Made by a program: the position numbers and the translations under genes | Notes under the pieces: generated by a model | The model's database searches: none | What the model was told of the DNA's origin: nothing | The model's input: only the letters and a program-made list of their open reading frames with translations | Shown here: positions 1 through 8,869 of the stretch, piece after piece | Numbering within the stretch: the stretch's first letter is position 1 | Layout: every line of letters starts with the position of its first letter | Assembly (NCBI RefSeq): GCF_000341895.1 | Contig: NC_020409.1 | Coordinates: 3,542,411 to 3,574,410, forward strand | Reading direction: 5' to 3' | Length of the DNA: 32,000 nt | Source: Pseudodesulfovibrio piezophilus C1TLV30 | GTDB taxonomy: Bacteria; Desulfobacterota; Desulfovibrionia; Desulfovibrionales; Desulfovibrionaceae

Positions 1-284
1 TTGGCGCTCTTGTGTTGAAATCCTGGGATTTGCCCGCTGATCTCGTGGAGCCGGTCAACTGGCACCACGCCCCGGAATTAGCTCCCGAACACTCGAATCA
101 ATCCATGATTATCTGTTTGGCGGATTACGCAGCTCATGCCGTGGAAGACCCGGAAAGCGCTTTCTCCGGACGATTGAACGCTCTGTGTCCAGAAATGGAT
201 ATCGACACAGGTGAAGTTCTTGAGATTGCTGAGGAACTCAATGAGTCCGATGAAGTGGAGCAGTTTGTCCGATTGCTTGTCTAG
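1..284 (+). CDS. C-terminal fragment of an HDOD-type signalling-domain protein (5' end outside window)
   Basis: The frame is open from nt 3 to TAG at 282-284. The translation ...LKSWDLPADLVEPVNWHHAPE...IICLADYAAH resembles the W-x-LP / HH-x-P core of HDOD domains. Confidence 0.5.
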   Translation, partial: GALVLKSWDLPADLVEPVNWHHAPELAPEHSNQSMIICLADYAAHAVEDPESAFSGRLNALCPEMDIDTGEVLEIAEELNESDEVEQFVRLLV

Positions 285-463
285 GTCTTGACGGTTCCCT
301 TTGTCTCCGCCATTCTTTCTGCTAGACAAATGTCTGCCATTCTCAGTTGGTATGAATTTGTCATTCGACATTGCCCCTTTGACTATAAGCCTAACAGGAA
401 TTCAATTTGCCTTGCATATGGAAAGCTCGCAACGAGAGTGCCACGCCACCTGCTGTTGCTGCC

Positions 464-2113
464 ATGGCGGAAGATCTTTCGGTCTCCCCACTTATTATCG
501 ATATTCTCTGGAATCGAGGTTTGACCTCTCTTGAGGAGATGGACCAATTTTTGAGTCCTGGTTTACGTCATCTTGCGAGTCCGGATGAAGTTCCGGGATT
601 GACCCAGGCTGTCGAGTTATTAGCTGAAGGATTGACCCAAGGGCGTAAACTGGCCGTTTGGGGGGATTACGATGTGGATGGTATTACATCGACTACTCTT
701 GTTATTGAGTTCATGGCCGCTCGAGGGATCGAAGTCCTTTCCCATCTGCCGAATCGGATGGAAGAAGGCTATGGGATGAATTGCGAGGGGATCGAACAAC
801 TCGCTCGGGATGGAGCGACCATGCTTTTGTCCGTGGATTGTGGAATTTCGGATATCGAACCAGTTGCCCGGGCGAGGGAGCTGGGTATGGTTGTTGTTGT
901 CTCGGATCATCATTTACCTGGAGATTCTTTACCGGATGCCCACGCTGTGTGCAATCCTCGGTTGAAAGAAGGTGGGCCCTATGATGATCTCGCCGGGGTT
1001 GGTGTGGCCTTCATGCTCATGGCCGCACTGAATAAGTTGTTACCCGGCACGCCTGCCGAAATGCGAACTCTCCTTGATCTCGTGGCATTGGGGACGGTTG
1101 CAGATGTGGTCCGCCTGACCGGTATGAATCGAATTCTTGTGAAGAATGGACTACTTGTCATCAAGGAAGCCAAACGCCCTGGTATGGCAGCTCTTAAAGT
1201 TGTCAGTGATTATGAACGCGGTGCGGAACTTGGAGCAGGCCAGATCGGATTTAACCTTGCTCCGCGTATCAATGCGGCTGGACGTATGGGAGACCCCGGT
1301 AAAGCTCTTGATCTTTTGCTGTGTAGGAGTTTTGAAGCCGGTATGCCTATTGCTGAAGAACTCAATGCCATCAATATGGAGCGACGCAGGCAGGAACAGG
1401 AGATTTCGGAGCAGGCATTCGCACAGGCTGAAGCCATGAAAGACAGGGCTGGGCTGGTTCTTTATGGCGAAGATTGGCATCCTGGAATTATTGGCATTGT
1501 TGCTTCCCGTGTGGTGGAAAAATATTACCGCCCGACATTGATTCTCTGCGCAGCAGAAGATGGAGAATTGCTCAAGGGATCGGCTCGAAGTATTTCCGAG
1601 TTCGATTTGCACGAAAGCCTGAAAGCCATCAGTCCCATCCTCAAAGGTTTTGGAGGGCACAAGCAAGCCGCAGGGCTTTCCATAGAGCCGCAGAATCTCG
1701 ATACTCTTCGTGAGCAGTTCAATGAGCAGGTGATCAAGGAACTCGGTTCCGTGCCTTTGACGCCGACGCTGAAATTGGACCGGGAACTGCCGTTCATCAA
1801 TATTACCAATACTCTGTTGAATGAATTGGAAATGTTGCAGCCGTTTGGCATGGGGAATCCGGAACCGGTTTTTGCCTCTGCTCCGGTGACCGTGGCGGAG
1901 CACCGGACTTTTGGCCGGGAGCGGGAGCACGTCAAGCTGGTACTGGCCGATGATAAGACCGGAGCCAAGCTTCCTGGCAAGGCATGGCGCATGGCTGACA
2001 AGCTGACTCGAGACATTCAGGGCAGGGTCATGCGGTTTGCATTTACACCCAAAATTGACCGTTTTCGCGGAATCCCGAAAATTGACTTGCGGATTCGGGA
2101 TTGGAATTTCTAG
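464..2113 (+). CDS. recJ: Single-stranded-DNA-specific exonuclease RecJ
   Basis: DHH-family motifs are present: GDYDVDGITS, SVDCGIS, VVSDHHLP, GVGVAF, LAPRINAAGR and GGHKQAAG. Length is typical. ATG 464 (MAEDLSVSPL...) is preferred over the longest-ORF ATG at 407. The start is uncertain. Confidence 0.9.
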   Translation: MAEDLSVSPLIIDILWNRGLTSLEEMDQFLSPGLRHLASPDEVPGLTQAVELLAEGLTQGRKLAVWGDYDVDGITSTTLVIEFMAARGIEVLSHLPNRMEEGYGMNCEGIEQLARDGATMLLSVDCGISDIEPVARARELGMVVVVSDHHLPGDSLPDAHAVCNPRLKEGGPYDDLAGVGVAFMLMAALNKLLPGTPAEMRTLLDLVALGTVADVVRLTGMNRILVKNGLLVIKEAKRPGMAALKVVSDYERGAELGAGQIGFNLAPRINAAGRMGDPGKALDLLLCRSFEAGMPIAEELNAINMERRRQEQEISEQAFAQAEAMKDRAGLVLYGEDWHPGIIGIVASRVVEKYYRPTLILCAAEDGELLKGSARSISEFDLHESLKAISPILKGFGGHKQAAGLSIEPQNLDTLREQFNEQVIKELGSVPLTPTLKLDRELPFINITNTLLNELEMLQPFGMGNPEPVFASAPVTVAEHRTFGREREHVKLVLADDKTGAKLPGKAWRMADKLTRDIQGRVMRFAFTPKIDRFRGIPKIDLRIRDWNF

Positions 2114-2979
2114 ACGAATTTTTCCGCGTTGTAACTTGATCGGACAAGCGGGGCGCTGAACATGTTTCGGATACCTCTTTTTTTGCCTTGTCTGGCGTAC
2201 TCTTCAAATACGGCCGGTTCTACATACCGTTTGACCAGTGGATGATTCCGGGTGGGCTGCATATATTGACCGATGGTGACAATGTCACAGTTGATGGCGG
2301 CAAGATCATCCAGGACCGGCATGATCTGAGTATCGTCTTCGCCCAAACCAACCATGATTCCACTTTTTGTCGGGATACTCGGGGCCAATTCCTTGGCACG
2401 GGCAAGGAGGGTCAGACTCTGTTGATAGTTGGCCTGAGGACGGATTGACGTATAGAGGGCCGGAACCGTTTCAAGATTGTGGTTGAGCACGTCGGGGCAG
2501 GCTTTCAGAACGATTCCAAGCGCATTTTCATCGCCTTGAAAGTCAGGGATGAGAACTTCAATGGTACAGTCTGGCAAGATCTGTCTGACTGCTTGTATAG
2601 TGGCTGCGAAGTGGCTTGCTCCACCATCAGGCAGGTCATCGCGAGTGACAGAAGTAATCACGACATGCTTGAGTTCGAGCCGTTGTGCAGCTTCAGCTAC
2701 GCGCGCCGGTTCTCCTGGATCCAGAGGGGCCAGAGTGCCGGGAGTGATGTTGCAGAAAGCGCAGTTTCGCGTACAGATACAGCCCATGATGAGGAACGTT
2801 GCCACATTCTTTGAGAAACATTCCCATTTATTTGGGCATTTGGCACTTTGACAGACCGTATTGAGATCAAGGTCGTCAATCAGCCCGGAAGTGCAGGAAA
2901 AATTTTCTGATTTAGGCAGTTTTACTCGAAGCCAGGGCGGAATCCGCAAAGGCTTTTCTGAATTCGTCGGCAAAGACAT
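2110..2979 (-). CDS. lipA: Lipoyl synthase (radical SAM)
   Basis: N-terminal PPWLRVKLP, the auxiliary cluster motif CPNKWEC and the radical-SAM motif CTRNCAFCNI are present. 289 aa. Confidence 0.95.
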   Translation of the reverse strand: MSLPTNSEKPLRIPPWLRVKLPKSENFSCTSGLIDDLDLNTVCQSAKCPNKWECFSKNVATFLIMGCICTRNCAFCNITPGTLAPLDPGEPARVAEAAQRLELKHVVITSVTRDDLPDGGASHFAATIQAVRQILPDCTIEVLIPDFQGDENALGIVLKACPDVLNHNLETVPALYTSIRPQANYQQSLTLLARAKELAPSIPTKSGIMVGLGEDDTQIMPVLDDLAAINCDIVTIGQYMQPTRNHPLVKRYVEPAVFEEYARQGKKRGIRNMFSAPLVRSSYNAEKFV

Positions 2980-3568
2980 GCTTGGCTTCCTTCATGGCTA
3001 TATCGTGTCCGGATTCCGCACTGAGCGACGTCGGAGTCGCCCCTTGAATACCGCATAAGGTAATCATGTTGAACAGGCTGACGTCACGCCCCACATTGAG
3101 TGCAAGGCCGTGGTATGTGACCCATCGTTTCACGCCGATGCCCATTGAGCATATTTTTCTGGCTTCGTCCACCCAGACTCCGGGGTGACCTGGACGGCGG
3201 CGAGTTGCAACGCCAAAGTGGGCACATGTCTGTATGACGGCCTCTTCCATGTCATGGAAGAATTTTTTCATGCCACCGGGGCGCTTCTCCACCCGCCAGA
3301 TGGGATATGCGACCAATTGACCCGGAAAGTGGCAGGTAATGTTTCCGCCTCGGTTGGTTTTGACCAGATCGATTGATTGGGATTGCAGAAACTGCTCATC
3401 AACATGGAGATTTTCAGCTCCCCCCTGTCGTCCGAGGGTGATGACCCTTGGGTGCTCCAGCAGATAGACTGTATTCTCCTGTTCTTCGGTAGTCACCGAT
3501 TTCAGAGTCTGCATCTGCACCGCTTCCGCTTCCGCGTATCCGATAAGCCCAAGGTCAACAATATTCAT
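2912..3568 (-). CDS. lipB: Octanoyl/lipoyl transferase LipB
   Basis: TNRGGNITCHFPGQLVAYP, KICSMGIGVKRWVTYHG and TLCGIQG match LipB core motifs. It lies directly upstream of lipA and overlaps it by 68 nt in another frame. Confidence 0.85.
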   Translation of the reverse strand: MNIVDLGLIGYAEAEAVQMQTLKSVTTEEQENTVYLLEHPRVITLGRQGGAENLHVDEQFLQSQSIDLVKTNRGGNITCHFPGQLVAYPIWRVEKRPGGMKKFFHDMEEAVIQTCAHFGVATRRRPGHPGVWVDEARKICSMGIGVKRWVTYHGLALNVGRDVSLFNMITLCGIQGATPTSLSAESGHDIAMKEAKHVFADEFRKAFADSALASSKTA

Positions 3569-3570
3569 GG

Positions 3571-4743
3571 TTATTGTGTTGCCTTTTTTTTGTAGGGGAG
3601 GAGGACCGCTTTGGATTTAAGGTCGGTTTTGGGTGTCTTTGGCCAGTTGGGAACAATAATTTGCCCTGGATAAAGCGGTCTGGTCTTGGCGTCATATTCG
3701 ACAAGGGTAAGCCCTTTGTCAGAGCATGCGTATTGCCCCATCCCCCCATGCAGGCGGAATGGTTCTGAAATTGTTCTGACTGCACCCCAATCTTTTGCCC
3801 CTTTGCGCGAAAGGTAGAGGAAATTGAGGGAAACGCCGTTTTTTTCCAGTCGGGCTTCACCTGAGAGCAGTTCAAGCCACTTGGGAGCACCTTTGACGGA
3901 AAAATTGAAGTGACACCAAGGCGCTCCCTGCCCTGTGGCAGGCATCGGGCAGGCTTTTGTGTGTGGGCATGGTGCCAGTGGGTTGAAGTCATTGAGCATC
4001 ATTTGTTCACGCATCTCAGCCAGAAGGCGCCCTGTGAGCCGGACTCCGGTTTCAATGAGAAGGATTCGCCCTGATTCCTTGGTGGATTTGGTGAGATGTT
4101 TGGTGAGTTGCTCAGCCTGTGGGCGTGCAACTCGCCCGGACCAATCGAGTTCATTCAATGCGTTGGCAACAATGATCAGGTCCGATTTACGGTTGATGCG
4201 ATCCGTAAAATTGGCTTTGACTGTCTTGATGCGCCACGGTGTCTCTTTTCCTGCGACTGCCTGAAAGAGCTTGAGGCCTGCCTGCAATGATTTCGGGGCA
4301 CGGTCCATGCAAGTGAAATTTAATTTTCGTTCACGCAAATGGGGGCGAGACATCCAGAGTGCGAGAATGGCGGTGAGTGGGCCTGAACCGATATCAGTCA
4401 CTTCCGCTCCATCCGGGATATCCAATTCCAACCCTGAGAAAAGGCGGGACATCCGGTACAGATTCCACGGCAGAAAATAGGTCAGATACGGTGAGAGAAA
4501 TTTCGCTTCACTCATATAATCTATCTTTCGCTCGGAACGCTCGCTGGTCAGCCCACGGGACATGTCCCTGATGTCGTATTTCAACTGTTCACGGTGTTTT
4601 GCCTTGAGAGGCCAGACCTGCTTGAGTATGTCGCCGAAACGATCAAGCTCCGCTTCATTTTCCGGTGTCAAGTTGGGGAAAAGCCTATCAATCGACATAA
4701 GTAAAACACATCCTTTGGAAATAGTGTTCTCCGAAAGCCTCAT
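3571..4743 (-). CDS. Rsm22-like SAM-dependent methyltransferase
   Basis: SAM-binding VTDIGSGPLTA and LIIVANALNELD are present. The C-terminal Cys motif CPHTKACP...PWCHF is typical of the Rsm22/PF09243 family. An alternative start is ATG 4698 (MSIDRLFPNL). Neither start has a good SD. Confidence 0.7.
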   Translation of the reverse strand: MRLSENTISKGCVLLMSIDRLFPNLTPENEAELDRFGDILKQVWPLKAKHREQLKYDIRDMSRGLTSERSERKIDYMSEAKFLSPYLTYFLPWNLYRMSRLFSGLELDIPDGAEVTDIGSGPLTAILALWMSRPHLRERKLNFTCMDRAPKSLQAGLKLFQAVAGKETPWRIKTVKANFTDRINRKSDLIIVANALNELDWSGRVARPQAEQLTKHLTKSTKESGRILLIETGVRLTGRLLAEMREQMMLNDFNPLAPCPHTKACPMPATGQGAPWCHFNFSVKGAPKWLELLSGEARLEKNGVSLNFLYLSRKGAKDWGAVRTISEPFRLHGGMGQYACSDKGLTLVEYDAKTRPLYPGQIIVPNWPKTPKTDLKSKAVLLPYKKKATQ

Positions 4744-6232
4744 CAGTGGTGAGGTCCAGGGAGATTATTGTTTTCGGTAACCGCTCGGCAAATTCTCTTG
4801 CAGTGGGGTCTGTTAGGATTTTTTCACTCCCTTTGAGTGAGGTGTTGCCAGCCTTGACTGCTTTCCCCTTGCTCCCTGGAGGCAGAAAACCAAGCGTTTC
4901 CAGATCCTCCAGGTTCACGTGTTCACCCAACGCTCCTGCAATATATATGGTCGCCAGTTTTGCCGGGGTGAGTTTTGTTTCTTTCAACAATTTGGATAGA
5001 GCCAGATTGAAGGCGGCTTTGACTTTCAGTATCTCCTCAATATCAGAGGCAGGAAGGAAGAGGTTATGCTCAAGACGAAATGCCGGTTCACCTGAGATCG
5101 TCGTCACGCATTGAGCGAGCTTGGCAGCAAGTGGAGTGTTTCCTTGCCCGAAGCGGCCGGATTCGTCAAGAACACCATGTCTGACAAGAAGGGCTGTGAG
5201 GGAGAGGTAGCCGGTTCCGGTCAAACCGAGTGGTGGTATCGTGTCATCAAAAATTTGCATGGTGAGACCAGTCGGAGTGAGGGAAAATCCGGTGATTGCT
5301 CCTGGTCCGGCGGTTCGGCCATAGGAGAGGCCAACGCCTTCGAGAGCCGGTCCCATGGGAACGCTTGCGCAGAAGCGTTTTTTCGGTGAAAGAGCCAGGA
5401 CGAATTCGCCATTGGTGCCCAGATCAGCGAGGAGAAATGGGTAGGAAACGGTCTCTTCGTGTTCGAGGGCTGTTAATCCCGCACTGATATCAGCGCCGAC
5501 AAACGGGGCCAGCAGGGGAGGGATATAGGCGGGTGGGAGCCCCGCTCCGATCTTCTTTTCATTACCGCCTGTATAAGAGAGTGTGTAAGGGGCTGCGGCC
5601 AGATCGTCCGGTTTTTTACCCAAAAGGATATAGGTCATTGCGGAATTGCCGGATATTGTCAGACCGGTACATTCGCCTCCCATATTCCGAGCCGCAATCA
5701 TGGCGAGTTCCGTCATGCGATCTGTTATGAGCGCTCGCAGGACAAATCGACCTTCCGCAGTTGCAGCAGCAGCAAGCCGGGTCATGACTTCGCTGCCAAG
5801 GCCCGTCTGGGGGTTCAGTTCATGACCGGATGCAACGCGTTCTTTTCCGGCAAGGACGGACCAGTGGATCGAGGTGGTGCCTAGATCAACTGCCAGAGAA
5901 AAATCACCTGTCGTTTGGCTATATGACTTGAGAGCCCTTTGGGTTCGGGCCGGTACCGGGATTTCGATTTCACAGGATTCAGAGGGGTGCAAGCAGGAAA
6001 GCCTCCACCCCGTGCTCACGGCTTCTTGCCCGAGTTTGCGCAATTCATCTCGATTTGCTTCCGGTGCATCGCTCGTGTAGCGGACCCTGCATAAACCACA
6101 TTTCCCAAGGCCTGAACACAGGGCGACCCCGTGCCAGAGGCGGCTGAGAAAAAGGGTTTTCGCCAGGGTGTCTCCTTCTTTGGGTTCGAGCGCGAACCGA
6201 CCTCCGTCATGGGTATGGACAAGTATGCTCAC
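4688..6232 (-). CDS. COG3894/DUF4445 ASKHA-fold protein with N-terminal 2Fe-2S ferredoxin domain (RACo/RamA-like corrinoid reductive activase family)
   Basis: GTG start with GGAG 6 nt upstream. The N-terminus carries CSGLGKCGLCRV...RLSC (C-x5-C-x2-C...C). The rest shows ASKHA phosphate motifs (LAVDLGTTSI, LLADLGTNGEF, IYIAGALG). 514 aa. Confidence 0.7.
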   Translation of the reverse strand: MSILVHTHDGGRFALEPKEGDTLAKTLFLSRLWHGVALCSGLGKCGLCRVRYTSDAPEANRDELRKLGQEAVSTGWRLSCLHPSESCEIEIPVPARTQRALKSYSQTTGDFSLAVDLGTTSIHWSVLAGKERVASGHELNPQTGLGSEVMTRLAAAATAEGRFVLRALITDRMTELAMIAARNMGGECTGLTISGNSAMTYILLGKKPDDLAAAPYTLSYTGGNEKKIGAGLPPAYIPPLLAPFVGADISAGLTALEHEETVSYPFLLADLGTNGEFVLALSPKKRFCASVPMGPALEGVGLSYGRTAGPGAITGFSLTPTGLTMQIFDDTIPPLGLTGTGYLSLTALLVRHGVLDESGRFGQGNTPLAAKLAQCVTTISGEPAFRLEHNLFLPASDIEEILKVKAAFNLALSKLLKETKLTPAKLATIYIAGALGEHVNLEDLETLGFLPPGSKGKAVKAGNTSLKGSEKILTDPTAREFAERLPKTIISLDLTTDEAFGEHYFQRMCFTYVD

Positions 6233-6402
6233 AATGATCTCCGTTGGTTCGGGAGGTTAGCCGAAGCTTGCGTGACTGTAAATGAGCAACCCGGAACTGG
6301 AGAGGTAAAGAAGGGGCATGGAGTTTTTGCCGGGGATTCAAGAATCATGGGAAAAAGGGGATGTCTGAAGGGGCGGAGACTCGGTCCCATGACTTGAGTC
6401 GG

Positions 6403-7197
6403 TTAGCATCTGGATAATCGGCGGAGAGCATCATCAAGGTGTTTGAGCCAGATATTGACCAGGCGGTCATATTCTCCGGCTCCCTTGAGGACCGCTTCAC
6501 ATTGAATGCCAGCATTTTCCAGCCTGGACATCCAACTGCTTTCCCGTTCTCCGACCATGTCACGCGAGGCATGCCAGCCTGCTCCAAAAAGAAAGGGAAG
6601 GAGATAGGCCTTGCTGACGCCATCTTCCTTGAAGCGCTTAATGATGCAGTCAATCCCCGGTTCTGCTTCCATGGCTCCCATGTGGACGGACGTATCTCTC
6701 TTCTGAAATGCGCGGTGGAGAGCCTCGTAGTAAATATTGCCATCATGTTTGGTTCCATGCCCCATGAAAAGGACTGCGTGGTTTTCACCTTTGCCCTCCA
6801 GACCTATGGAAAGAATGGCATCGGCCACCCTTTCCACGCCCGCTTCTCCAGCCACCAGTGGAAATCCGACTTCAACTCGATTGAACCCGTCATCCCGGAG
6901 CATCTGATCATTGGCAAGTTCCAATAATTCGTGGAATTCTGTGCCGGGGATCAAGTGCAGGGATTGGATAGCCACATGAGTGATTCCTTCCGCCAACAGT
7001 TTTTTCAAGGCCATGGGGACGGAGTCAACCGCTTCACCGGCCTTTTCCATATGTCCCCTGATAGTCTTTGACGTGTATGCCAGCATAACAGGCAACTCAG
7101 GGTAGGTCTGGCGAACGCGTTCCGTGATATGGTCAAGCGAGGCGGTGGCACGCTTATGACGGGAACCGAATGCGGCTAGGACAATGGCTGTTTTCAT
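6403..7197 (-). CDS. cbiK: Sirohydrochlorin cobaltochelatase, cytoplasmic form (no signal peptide)
   Basis: AIVLAAFGS, AIQSLHLIPG, LFMGHGT and PFLFGAGWHASRD match class II chelatase CbiK motifs, including the catalytic His positions. The start shares one nucleotide with the cbiL stop. Confidence 0.85.
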   Translation of the reverse strand: MKTAIVLAAFGSRHKRATASLDHITERVRQTYPELPVMLAYTSKTIRGHMEKAGEAVDSVPMALKKLLAEGITHVAIQSLHLIPGTEFHELLELANDQMLRDDGFNRVEVGFPLVAGEAGVERVADAILSIGLEGKGENHAVLFMGHGTKHDGNIYYEALHRAFQKRDTSVHMGAMEAEPGIDCIIKRFKEDGVSKAYLLPFLFGAGWHASRDMVGERESSWMSRLENAGIQCEAVLKGAGEYDRLVNIWLKHLDDALRRLSRC

Positions 7198-7910
7198 TAT
7201 TTGCGGTTCTTCTTTATCAGCGCGAGTGAGAAATAGTGGGGTCTTTTGGGCGCATCCTTGATATCCATGAGAATAGACTCACCATTCATACCGAGTTGGG
7301 AAACGAGGACTGTTTTGTCATCCAGACGCAATCGCTCCAAAGTGCTGCGAATCTCATCGAAGTTTTTGTACGTTTTGAGGATAACTGCATTATCAGCCAC
7401 GTCAAGTTGGGCTTCCAGTTTTGCCGCATCAGCGACTCCAGATGTGATGAGCAGGGATTCCTTGGATTCGGCAAGGACAAGGCCAACCTTGGCCGCTGCG
7501 GCATGGAAAGATGTGATTCCCGGTATAGCCTGGAGGCGTGTGTCAGGATTTGTCGCTAGAAGCGTTCTCTGAAGATATCCGTAGGTCGAGTATGTCAGAG
7601 GATCGCCCAAGGTGATGAATGCCGCATTTTTTCCGCTGTCGAGAACAGTGGCAACTTCCTGTGCATTTTTTTCCCAGGCTGCTTTGAGTTCTCTCTCATC
7701 CTTGGTCATGGGGAAGCCAAGGTGGATGACCTGAACGTCAGCCTTCAGATGTGGTTTGGCAATGGAATATGCAGTGGAATAATCATTTTTAGTGGAGGCG
7801 GCGGCAAAAATGACATCGACTTCGCCTAGGGCGCGTACTGCTTTGAGGGTCAGTAGTTCCGGGTCGCCGGGGCCGACGCCTATACCGTAAAGAGTGCCTT
7901 TCATGGTCAA
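7197..7910 (-). CDS. cbiL: Cobalt-factor II / precorrin-2 C20-methyltransferase
   Basis: LYGIGVGPGDPELLTLKAVRAL, FPMTKDERELKAAW and ITLGDPLTYSTYGYL form the CbiL/CobI signature within the tetrapyrrole methylase fold. Confidence 0.85.
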   Translation of the reverse strand: MTMKGTLYGIGVGPGDPELLTLKAVRALGEVDVIFAAASTKNDYSTAYSIAKPHLKADVQVIHLGFPMTKDERELKAAWEKNAQEVATVLDSGKNAAFITLGDPLTYSTYGYLQRTLLATNPDTRLQAIPGITSFHAAAAKVGLVLAESKESLLITSGVADAAKLEAQLDVADNAVILKTYKNFDEIRSTLERLRLDDKTVLVSQLGMNGESILMDIKDAPKRPHYFSLALIKKNRK

Positions 7911-7960
7911 TTCGTTATCCTTTTCTGTTACTGTTTTCGGGCTTGCCGAAGGGGGATTTT

Positions 7961-8866
7961 CTAATGATTGCCTGTTGGATGGAGCAGGCGATAGACGGTA
8001 TCAATGCCTTTGAGCAATCGCATGGTTGGCCGGGAAACAATATGTTCATCAACGAGGAATACGTTGCGATCTCGGACAGCCTTGATACGTGATGAAGCGG
8101 GACCGGAAGCGATATCACGGACGCTGACTTCATTCATGGGGCCGAATTGGGCAAGATAAACATCAATATTGGCTGATTTCATCAACATCCTTTCCATGCC
8201 GTATGATGCGATATTGGTTCCATGCCGAGGCCTGGCGTCATAGGCGATATTGATGCCTCCGGCCATTTCAACAACAAAAATTGGCATGGAACTGGGAGAG
8301 AATGTTGAATATTTTCTATGGATGGATTCGAAGAAGACGTGGGGGCGTTCTTCCTTGGGGATACGATTAATCCGCTGCATATCCATCTCCAATCCCTCTT
8401 TGAAATTGCTTACCATTCTTTCGGCCTGGAGTTCTCTGCCTGTCAGTCGTCCGAGGGTGCGCCAGTATGTGTACATGGCATCAATGGTATTCGGTTGCAG
8501 GGCCAATACCTGAATACCGTGTCTTTTCAGAGCACTCCAGAGAGCTGGGTAGCCTCGGGACTGCATAGGGCGGATGAGGACGAGGTCCGGTTTGGCCGCG
8601 AGAAACTTTTCGACACCGTCGTGGGTGCTGAATTGCTCTTTGCTCAGGGCGATGGAGGGATAGTCCTCATTTTGTGTTACACCGATGATTTCGTCTTCGA
8701 GGCCGAGGTTGAAGAGGTTTTCCGTGTGTGCGGCATAGAGGGAGATGATACGGGTAAAAGGTTTTTCGAAAAAGAAACGAGTTCCCACATCATCACGCAT
8801 TTGTCCTGCGTGAGCAGAGGTACAGTACAGAAGGAGAAAAAAGAGAGTGAAGAGAAAGCGTTTCAA
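7961..8866 (-). CDS. ABC transporter periplasmic substrate-binding protein, cluster A-II (BtuF/FhuD/HmuT type)
   Basis: Signal peptide MKRFLFTLFFLLLYCTSAHA|G. RIISLYAAHTENLFNLGLEDEIIGVT is the typical Peripla_BP_2 N-lobe motif. Confidence 0.8.
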   Translation of the reverse strand: MKRFLFTLFFLLLYCTSAHAGQMRDDVGTRFFFEKPFTRIISLYAAHTENLFNLGLEDEIIGVTQNEDYPSIALSKEQFSTHDGVEKFLAAKPDLVLIRPMQSRGYPALWSALKRHGIQVLALQPNTIDAMYTYWRTLGRLTGRELQAERMVSNFKEGLEMDMQRINRIPKEERPHVFFESIHRKYSTFSPSSMPIFVVEMAGGINIAYDARPRHGTNIASYGMERMLMKSANIDVYLAQFGPMNEVSVRDIASGPASSRIKAVRDRNVFLVDEHIVSRPTMRLLKGIDTVYRLLHPTGNH

Positions 8867-8869
8867 CGG

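Noticed and set aside
302-343. Direct repeat TGTCT(CC)GCCATTCT x2 and a 5-2-5 inverted repeat AGACAaaTGTCT between the HDOD gene and recJ
   Set aside because: They are short, could arise by chance, and match no known motif. They may contribute to a weak terminator or operator, but this cannot be supported.
1151-1930. 259-aa ORF antisense to recJ. Similar long antisense or out-of-frame ORFs occur at 1525-2016, 8318-9040, 8892-9641, 9709-10416, 10991-11506, 20825-21367, 23759-24367, 25279-25866, 28811-29344 and 29804-30634.
   Set aside because: Each lies fully inside a gene with strong family motifs on the other strand or in another frame. Their translations are low-complexity (Arg/Ser/Pro-rich) with no recognisable motifs, as expected for shadow ORFs at this GC level.
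6351-6388. Weak hairpin with a T-run after the cytoplasmic cbiK (minus strand), and a bulged 8-bp hairpin after the hybrid kinase (18010-18036, plus strand), as possible terminators
   Set aside because: The stems are short and interrupted (4+4 bp, or 8 bp with a bulge) and the U-tracts are poor. They are too weak to call as features without 3'-end data.
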